From IMG/VR virus record IMGVR_UViG_3300025147_000002: 64,000 bases of DNA. One strand, 5' to 3'. This stretch comes from a virus. Position 1 is the first letter of the stretch; each line of letters begins with the position of its first letter. This document shows positions 59,901-64,000 of this stretch, in pieces. The translations under genes and the position numbers were made by a program. Under the pieces are notes generated by a model that saw only the letters and a program-made list of their open reading frames with translations, was not told the DNA's origin and searched no databases.

Positions 59901-62900
59901 AATATTGAATTGATAACTACATATGGTAATAATGGTATAGGTTATTCGGTAGATAGATATGAAGGTTCTATACAACAGAAAACATATATTACTGAATTTA
60001 GTAAAAACTTTAGTATTATATTGAATAATACGCCTAGTGTTTCTGTATCAACTATTATAGATTATAAAGAAAAGTTAAAATTAACGTCTAATACTATTTT
60101 AGAAACTATTGCTTTAATGGATAATATTATTAGACAAGCTGATATTAAAAGTATTTATTATAAAAATATAAATACATTAGCCGAAGCATCTAAAGCACTA
60201 AGTACTGATATGATTAGAGATAATATTCTTAATCAAGAACTTACTGAACTTAGAGATGCTCTGGAGATATTAGCAGGTACTGAAAAAGGCAAAGGTGCAG
60301 TGACTAATATGTATATGTTAGTTAAACAAATTAAACTAGAATCTTCTAATGTAGTATATGACGATCTATTTAGAAATAAAGTAGCTAGAGAAGAATATTA
60401 TGCAAAACTTAGTTTAGCTTTACAATTAGTAAGTAGACTTGTAGATTATTCCAAACTTAAAAAAGTTAATATGGAAGATCTATATACATATACTTTAGAT
60501 GCCAATGATAATAAAGTATTTTCACAAGTTGATATAGATGAATTTAAAGACAATTACGAAAAGTTAAATAAATATATTGCTACGCTTAAAGGATATGGTA
60601 ATAATGCAATTACATTAAAAGGTGAATTAGAGATACTATCTAAAAAACTTATAGTAGTTATTGCAATACGTACTAGTTCTAATCCTAAAATAGCTACAGT
60701 TCACAATAAAATTATAGATCAACTTTTAGCTAATAAATTAGATCCTACCCAACAAATAGATATATCTATAACAGATGGATATGATGAAATTTCAAATACT
60801 ATAGATTTTATATTTGAAAAAGGTAATGTAGATTTAACATGGGCGCAAACTAATTTTGATAGTGCATTTAAAACATATTCACCATTCAATGATAATATTA
60901 CTAAGCAATATCAACATATGCAAGGTAGTAATAAGATTGAAGAACTAGAAATGTATGATAAATATAATGCTTTACTCAAAGCTTATGATGAATCATTGCT
61001 TTCTGATACAGGTAAACGTAGAGAAGCACTTGCTAAGTTTGTTACAGATAGAGGTGGATTAATAGCAGATTATGATTATTTATCTTTTATAGATACATGG
61101 CGTAAACTTAAACGTGATTTAGCCAAACTACATAGAGATTTAGTAGGTACATCTACATCTAGAATTGATGTTGCTAATTATCTAACTGCTGCTAAAAAAG
61201 TAACAGATGAATGGATAGTTAATGAAACAGATAATAATACTATTTATTTAACACCTGATCAGATTACAGATATTGAGAATATAACACAAGATAAAACTAA
61301 TAGACAAAAATCTCAATATTATATTACTAATGGTATATATATATTACCTAAAAGTAAATATGGTAAACAATGGTTAAAAGTTCAACCTAATAATAAATTT
61401 ATAAATAATGAATATACATCACTTAGTAATAAAGATAAAACATTTGTAGAAGATGTACGTACTATATTTAAAGAAATATTATTACGCACTAAGCCTAGTT
61501 ATATACCTACTCCTGACTTCTTGCCATTCATAGATACTATATCTAGTGGTAAAGCTATAAAAGGTACATTAGGTGTACAAGGTGTTGCAGATGAACATTC
61601 ATATGTGCAGATAAGTAATGATATTGGTTATTTTATAGAAGCTTCTACAGTAACACGTCCTGAAAAATATACATTACTTAAACAACGTGAAATTAAAAAT
61701 AGTGAATCATTTGCAGAATATACAACTAATTTACTTAGTGAACTTAATACAATATATAAGAAACTTAAAAATAAAGCTATAGATGATTTTGAATTTAAAA
61801 GTATAGATGATATACAAGAATATAATGAAGCTGCGGCTAGATTAAATATAACAGCTTCTACTAAAACTATGAATAAAGACCTTAGTGATATTATGAAAGG
61901 TTTTACATCAGAGATGTATCATATTAAAACAGTTAATGATTTTATGGATTTATATCATATGGCTACATATCATATGAAAAATACTGTAAAAGTATCTACT
62001 GTAAATACTAAAGGCAAGACCTATATTGATGGTGTAATGAGTCGCATATTAGGTAGAGCTGTGCCACATTATGAATCTGCTGAAAATAGTAATCTTAGAC
62101 AATCATTAGATAGACTTGAAAAGTTACTTAATAATGCAGGTAGAGTAAATAGTGGATGGGCACAAACAGCCGCAGTTGTTGGTAGAATTGGTAGTATGAC
62201 TTTCATGTGGGGCAATTATTTAGGTGCTATAAAGAATGTTGCGGCAGGTCTTATCAATATGACTATTACAGCGCATGGTGATTATTTTGTAGATAAATCT
62301 GCATTAGGTTGGGCATTAAGTCATTATCCTACATCTGAATTACTTACATCGCTTAATCCACAATTTGAACATGAATATAGTAATGATAAACGTTTAGCAT
62401 TAATTAAACATTTTGATTATATATTTCAAGATGCTAGAGATGGAAGAATGGCTATATCTGGTAGCGGATTTTTAGTTAAAGTCTTATCAGGTTTGGATAA
62501 TTTGATGTATTCTCCTAGTAATATAACTGAACATTATATGCAATATAGTATGTTACTTGCTATGGCTAAATCAAATAGAGTTATAGAAGGTAGAATATAT
62601 AGTAAAGGGGATTTTGTTAATAAACGTATAGATGATATGGCTAGAACTATACTTACTCCTAAACAAATTATTGAACTAGAAGAATATATTAAAAATAAGA
62701 AAGATCAACAGAAAGATATAGCACAAGCTGAAAATCATACTTTAGATTTTGTAGGATTGATTACTAATCGTCTTACTGAAGATCAACGTAAATCTTTTCT
62801 ACAACTTAAAAAAGTAGATAAAAAAGAAATAACAGAAGCATTTAATAAATTACCTAGTTTATATGATATTATAGATGTAGAAAATGGTAGGCTAAGTACT

Positions 62901-63752
62901 AAAGATATAATATTAAATGAAAATGCACTTACTAATTTCGGTAGTAAAGTTATGGATGTTAATCAATCTATGCATGGTATATATGATACTATTAATAGAA
63001 TGGCTTTACAAGATAGTATGATGGGAGAACTTATGGTGCAATTTAGAAAATGGATGCGACCTACATTTAAAAGATTTTTTGGTCCAGTATTTGGTGAAAC
63101 TAGATTTAATGAAGCTACAGGAACTTATGATGATGGTATATATTCACCTATATTTAGACTACTAAATCAACCATTTAAAGAATATAAATATGATAAAAGT
63201 ATTAATCCCGCTGAAGCAAGTATTCGTAATATATTTAGTGGATATCTTAGATTAGTTACACAGTTTAAATGGTATTATGGTAAGATGGCGCCTCATGAAC
63301 AAGCTAGTGTTAGAATGTTTGCTGCACATATAACAGGTATAATTGGATTTAGTGCTGCTTTGTTTATGCTTGGCAGATTAAAAGATGATGAAGAACCGAG
63401 TATGGCAATGGCTACTTTTATGTATGAAGTTACAGCTACATATTCAGAGCTTATACAGCCTGTTCCTATATATGGTTGGTGGAGTACTATATCTTTAGCT
63501 AGACAACAATCTATGGTAGGTGAAAAAGTACTTGTTGATTTAGAAAAAGTATTACGTTATGGTATACTTGAATTAGCACCTAATGATTTAGTAGATCAAG
63601 ATAATTTAATATACGATAGAGGTGTATATAAAGGACGTAGTAAATTCGATGTTGCACTTCAAAAAGTATCACCTCTTATTAGACAAAAACATAAACAAGA
63701 ATTTATACCTAGTAATACAGCATTTTACAAGATGTATAATCCGTTCTTATAG
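50943..63752 (+). CDS. giant protein (4269 aa) containing the putative virion RNA polymerase module (DxDxD)
   Basis: Uninterrupted 12.8-kb ORF starting 1 nt after the previous stop. TGWDFDIDTVYIQ gives a DxDxD motif at nt 55560-55574 (aa 1540-1544). Acidic Ser-rich linker at nt ~59439-59549. Hydrophobic segments near the C-terminus. Its position matches the RNAP genes of crAss-like phages. Confidence 0.6.
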   Translation: MSCSLNPIITDDSVTIEIVINEEPIRVPSLLFMEASNKARELSTEQFNELGFKDADIAINRREFAKAMFAIIHVYEINPLSEFNKYGEPTLNSVFKHLALTNNPYTKLANQQIAIDSNKRLSFKSLANEGVTLDDTHFYNLTLSSLFILNMDSLRRLKNTDTYSNGKRKTIKSELLKYLNTYKDTQKAEHQFAINNYEKDIKTFTEDYNKVDSKIYNSFIDYLKQTYGVVITDITETSNIDKTDIDVDEAYLAERWDDGAQSKTNRINTVSSITKLEIAKLIANTPNYSKQRIKMYITEPYDINSIWARLITAHLHDTTLDAVKNTLGRLAQDNSIFQTILDKFNNAENNVEADVHFRSNYMGSINMAVIPSTKLLIEGTKISEFTNNRDSFANSVLFDIYQNTITNNISSQNYSVTNKGTKTTKNIEISFIESIIVNNIKKYNLGEVYSKLEYLGLDITKYAIESYLQENREDYDGALAILVQDINRVINEINNYISNRSDRNKIDFNEKGALNRLAYIGSYDFNTAISLSYLDVKGSLNYSPQFDSFLTKSFRGLVKFGKVDTDEVIRVFEKYTLTPDFANDNFLWHDKTQHYGYGIFESELDKTGIKVIKKDDKGKPVINEDFVKAISLFQFNGSTSNHNGMLYADILNDNWAYTQITFSMLGKQIIPTSDSARSYGLNIPLMQIEGLYNRDNSLNNQHSIFKSLRNIVVQNINDYFIAKSKVFKQDNTLYDLKDLKKLHTIRDVQLDKQNNIVAIKNGVPTGMAFHFPDLSYKVNSNSYTFENHIIDSLGITAADILSLDKTQMETLIDSFVANHIHTTKTNILAEFESISDILLKQVTTVKRNVLGTDNRTIAADGTRFLVNRVEYIPLSKEVVIKQAKVIYKERAKQAKLENRSYASEEVMLQVIENELKNNRASEFFNTKEFKDGYDLSILEAALNTIINSVSINNIFIGKLNEYKNALDWNKRASMIVKNGFHATVNEGTDEFRVLVVKDITKDSNMLDLLKDYLPAKSMTALDKLANTTDGFSIITSNHYKTLMTNFGRFSKDLERLFDNITKGQTFNPSELNTLIEQLKLFGTSRELSQIERQLEDGSTVIDKSITSIQLKDSTGILFDKTFKGTRLEELYNKMKQRGIDQISFASAVKVSGVIPIDIEEFLSDANPNLDDSIIKMKFSNMVIQQDTPSHILDEYNKLSNQLQKRILEGINFDEAIYSLDGTKYTGTELAKIFHDLMGSNFEEASYDLLRELGVLDGYNIRLDSNGHIDVNTKLLQEALEKYVKNDTNNQNSLDSVKISEEGTPNLPFSSPLIYNHFVSILLSKLTKTVIDYKVDGMHVPIMPNLLMNPSNISEEAFRNSTGIERSNIVDNKSLEEYVTYDAQFIAEVKLGGTYEKVIELDKAGKEVTRKQFVPNKGFHNSETIYGREDYQLRSENGYDDNGNLIYPADVIINPWKSDFYTNLVVTKDVSYTDENGNITTDRRSYVDINRLSNEARTMLSTRIPHEGKQSTTIFKVIGFLNTGASQATFPFTMMTRTGWDFDIDTVYIQYKALEYINGEYGVVKFDNKYNKANQQKYVERVYADTILDIKSGYGEYIDEPNLLNNELLKGSHEYMVTLDYTNVETIIDNLKEVEKDVRRAFAKITITEFSELSTNTEYLKLNDTLTKIAKLKSELISVTKNKTKFNNAIQERTSIMKIIDKANKNSIKETITDELETKYKNLGIKFQNIITSINDIVAKDNIQNQLTNIQDTLESIKYFNIDNIEDIKSLIHIANYIGNEKTKTSFLYAKSFYDIVEDNIDVFVTSKTEEFKRLDNNLQNTKEARGNKLLDIFISILGNIEHASELNKPNETNNIEAVSKEVNEAYGKSNKGLNPNNLEDQITLNNLNMNVRKLKAFSVSWDNLMSVTGFLKAKLGEGVKRTYYPGELGEITKTQLHEAFGNNFNIFSEGKHVTFKKAPEDLTGYTIKVSDTNLNNNNSNNWKDISGERLSIQASEFSANVFDAVKKPMGFNMNADTHSIMRLLSSGASSSFNGKTWNRFRYGMLFIHQPVIVDAIKQLNKLRIENAYVKLETGLEEAVRKEHLAIYELFVESFKETNEFQNEIARIEKTKNLPYKYRNDQVVLTKDMLLSITNKYPNLQKYLEVSSKYQLKENTGTDNISGKSIQTIYFGENELKDFITNRNIPNDSPIEKRIEQHLQQLHVVQMFNAYLKIANRVTKLGPLFKTENSVGPTFNEVNSRDINLADAYMDRAQFANELNKLSIQTQPGDMYKFIMQDKVKLEGLETTEDLTIIPKISKSDIILRLEEFDTTSNITERKEFVDRILGESDTKHPIMVDGKSIIEVVFPGAFTGYTTKSTDANELDILTFNQSYKNSAYGNIEAKYQYGHYLASILFDKIFIQQNPIFKSVINTILKKAGLSYNSEIRSELAFKLINYDINKSPIFKHITNEEWNRILGVEMPLVAEVTIDGVKSMWSDIISKDTITEAEFKEWLKLSTASKIHIIKNTPKYKTYINRTEFRNSHVLKTLRVAKLSKKTNYRRIEYKTESENANIAIHSFDNMYMSENPYLANTARDLILYTYRTKGFEFGFNLTKAIPVKIFYNQDYNNTDYDNFISFINESVSNDADKILENTKFIGDYTKVFKALQQIVNKLGSNLDYSEAVSVIHRQMYSNFRLNPLTPKQKVIDANTKSGKVTAHFNEAYLIKLEDNKTVEVLIETRGRLVNSKYSSAQYITKKSKSGTVLYRRFEHIYTVPSANDIVIFYPVNKLENNEWSEFSSNPINNITDVSEIVIKENLINLIGTSKLDTYKIGFKEEVKKSDTATTELGKVDYEEDVNKDEDNNSEILSSSTESIESDESTELEDLSEYDTISTINPKQLYFNKEQIITNDSVSSTINTIVNDSDTVIFIGNTNTFIGKQFKSKASNLIIIDPSKNAQDEAFRILEELKDSKVVNISGNNISELGFDQDYSNNWVSEFMHTIAFTHPNIELITTYGNNGIGYSVDRYEGSIQQKTYITEFSKNFSIILNNTPSVSVSTIIDYKEKLKLTSNTILETIALMDNIIRQADIKSIYYKNINTLAEASKALSTDMIRDNILNQELTELRDALEILAGTEKGKGAVTNMYMLVKQIKLESSNVVYDDLFRNKVAREEYYAKLSLALQLVSRLVDYSKLKKVNMEDLYTYTLDANDNKVFSQVDIDEFKDNYEKLNKYIATLKGYGNNAITLKGELEILSKKLIVVIAIRTSSNPKIATVHNKIIDQLLANKLDPTQQIDISITDGYDEISNTIDFIFEKGNVDLTWAQTNFDSAFKTYSPFNDNITKQYQHMQGSNKIEELEMYDKYNALLKAYDESLLSDTGKRREALAKFVTDRGGLIADYDYLSFIDTWRKLKRDLAKLHRDLVGTSTSRIDVANYLTAAKKVTDEWIVNETDNNTIYLTPDQITDIENITQDKTNRQKSQYYITNGIYILPKSKYGKQWLKVQPNNKFINNEYTSLSNKDKTFVEDVRTIFKEILLRTKPSYIPTPDFLPFIDTISSGKAIKGTLGVQGVADEHSYVQISNDIGYFIEASTVTRPEKYTLLKQREIKNSESFAEYTTNLLSELNTIYKKLKNKAIDDFEFKSIDDIQEYNEAAARLNITASTKTMNKDLSDIMKGFTSEMYHIKTVNDFMDLYHMATYHMKNTVKVSTVNTKGKTYIDGVMSRILGRAVPHYESAENSNLRQSLDRLEKLLNNAGRVNSGWAQTAAVVGRIGSMTFMWGNYLGAIKNVAAGLINMTITAHGDYFVDKSALGWALSHYPTSELLTSLNPQFEHEYSNDKRLALIKHFDYIFQDARDGRMAISGSGFLVKVLSGLDNLMYSPSNITEHYMQYSMLLAMAKSNRVIEGRIYSKGDFVNKRIDDMARTILTPKQIIELEEYIKNKKDQQKDIAQAENHTLDFVGLITNRLTEDQRKSFLQLKKVDKKEITEAFNKLPSLYDIIDVENGRLSTKDIILNENALTNFGSKVMDVNQSMHGIYDTINRMALQDSMMGELMVQFRKWMRPTFKRFFGPVFGETRFNEATGTYDDGIYSPIFRLLNQPFKEYKYDKSINPAEASIRNIFSGYLRLVTQFKWYYGKMAPHEQASVRMFAAHITGIIGFSAALFMLGRLKDDEEPSMAMATFMYEVTATYSELIQPVPIYGWWSTISLARQQSMVGEKVLVDLEKVLRYGILELAPNDLVDQDNLIYDRGVYKGRSKFDVALQKVSPLIRQKHKQEFIPSNTAFYKMYNPFL

Positions 63753-63807
63753 ATGCTAATAAAGATGATAGTGAAGATACTACTATAGATAATCGGGCAA
63801 AAAGCAT

Positions 63808-63851
63808 ATGCGGAACAGTACTTAGATGTTTAGTCTAAATACGTTCCGCAT
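63808..63851. terminator. hairpin between convergent genes (possible bidirectional terminator)
   Basis: atgcggaac (63808-63816) pairs perfectly with gttccgcat (63843-63851). 9-bp stem, 26-nt loop. It lies between the end of the giant gene and the 3' end of a leftward gene. No clear U-tract. Confidence 0.35.
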
Positions 63852-63927
63852 TGCTATGTCAGGACGTTTCTATGACCTTTAAAATTAAAAGTAATATAAA
63901 GTATTAACTTAAATATAGAATAGTTAT

Positions 63928-64000
63928 TTAATATGTAAGTGCTTCATTAAGACTATAGTTTTGCTTATATAATCTTCTATATACAGTCTTATATTCTTTA
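63928..64000 (-). CDS. 3' end of a leftward gene (partial, runs off the window)
   Basis: Minus-strand reading from the window edge gives ...KEYKTVYRRLYKQNYSLNEALTY followed by TAA (plus-strand TTA at 63928-63930). Only 24 codons are visible. Confidence 0.3.
   Translation of the reverse strand, partial: KEYKTVYRRLYKQNYSLNEALTY

Noticed and set aside
63780-63870. Possible tRNA or small RNA at the convergent junction
   Set aside because: Only one long-loop hairpin (9-bp stem, 26-nt loop) is visible. There is no cloverleaf arrangement, no GTTCRANNC T-loop and no acceptor-stem pairing. I also saw no tRNA-like structure in the other intergenic gaps.
1-64000. Stop-codon reassignment (TAG or TGA recoding) reported for some crAss-like lineages
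   Set aside because: The standard code already yields uninterrupted ORFs of 802, 792, 1390, 2590 and 4269 aa with tight gene packing. No fragmented gene series suggests in-frame recoded stops.

Overview
This window is AT-rich (about 30% GC by eye) and is almost entirely one phage genome segment. The architecture matches crAss-like (Crassvirales) podoviruses of Bacteroidota. Positions 1-3450 carry a leftward block of small, mostly unrecognisable early-type genes. A roughly 670-bp non-coding divergent region follows (3451-4124). From 4125 to 63752 there is an unbroken rightward block of about 59.6 kb, laid out as follows:
- Accessory genes: a GroES-like co-chaperonin, a PD-(D/E)XK nuclease, a lysis-like cassette, an HExxH protein and a DUF2829/Tad2-like protein.
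- Packaging and head genes: candidate small terminase, large terminase, portal, scaffold-like protein and major capsid protein.
- A set of modular fibre paralogues.
- A tail and cargo module that ends in two giant ORFs of 2590 aa and 4269 aa. The 4269-aa ORF carries a DxDxD (DFDID) motif, as expected for the virion-packaged RNA polymerase of crAss-like phages.

A convergent leftward gene begins at the right edge of the window.

The most unusual part is 24.0-29.3 kb:
- Two GC- and CpG-rich patches sit inside the fibre module. One encodes Fibrobacter/Bacteroides-type FISUMP lectin-like repeats. The other encodes a CE4 (NodB) polysaccharide deacetylase fused to LRR-like repeats.
- The two patches are separated by native AT-rich DNA that contains 12-bp and 18-bp tandem repeats.
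- Next comes a duplicated unit of about 205 bp. Each copy encodes a 31-aa micro-ORF. The second micro-ORF is coupled by an ATGA overlap to a 4-TM protein, which is followed by an HTH_17 protein.
- A promoter-to-terminator glycine-zipper gene closes the region.

I recognised no tRNA, rRNA, CRISPR array, integrase or reverse transcriptase. All domain calls rest on motifs read by eye and need HMM or structure confirmation.
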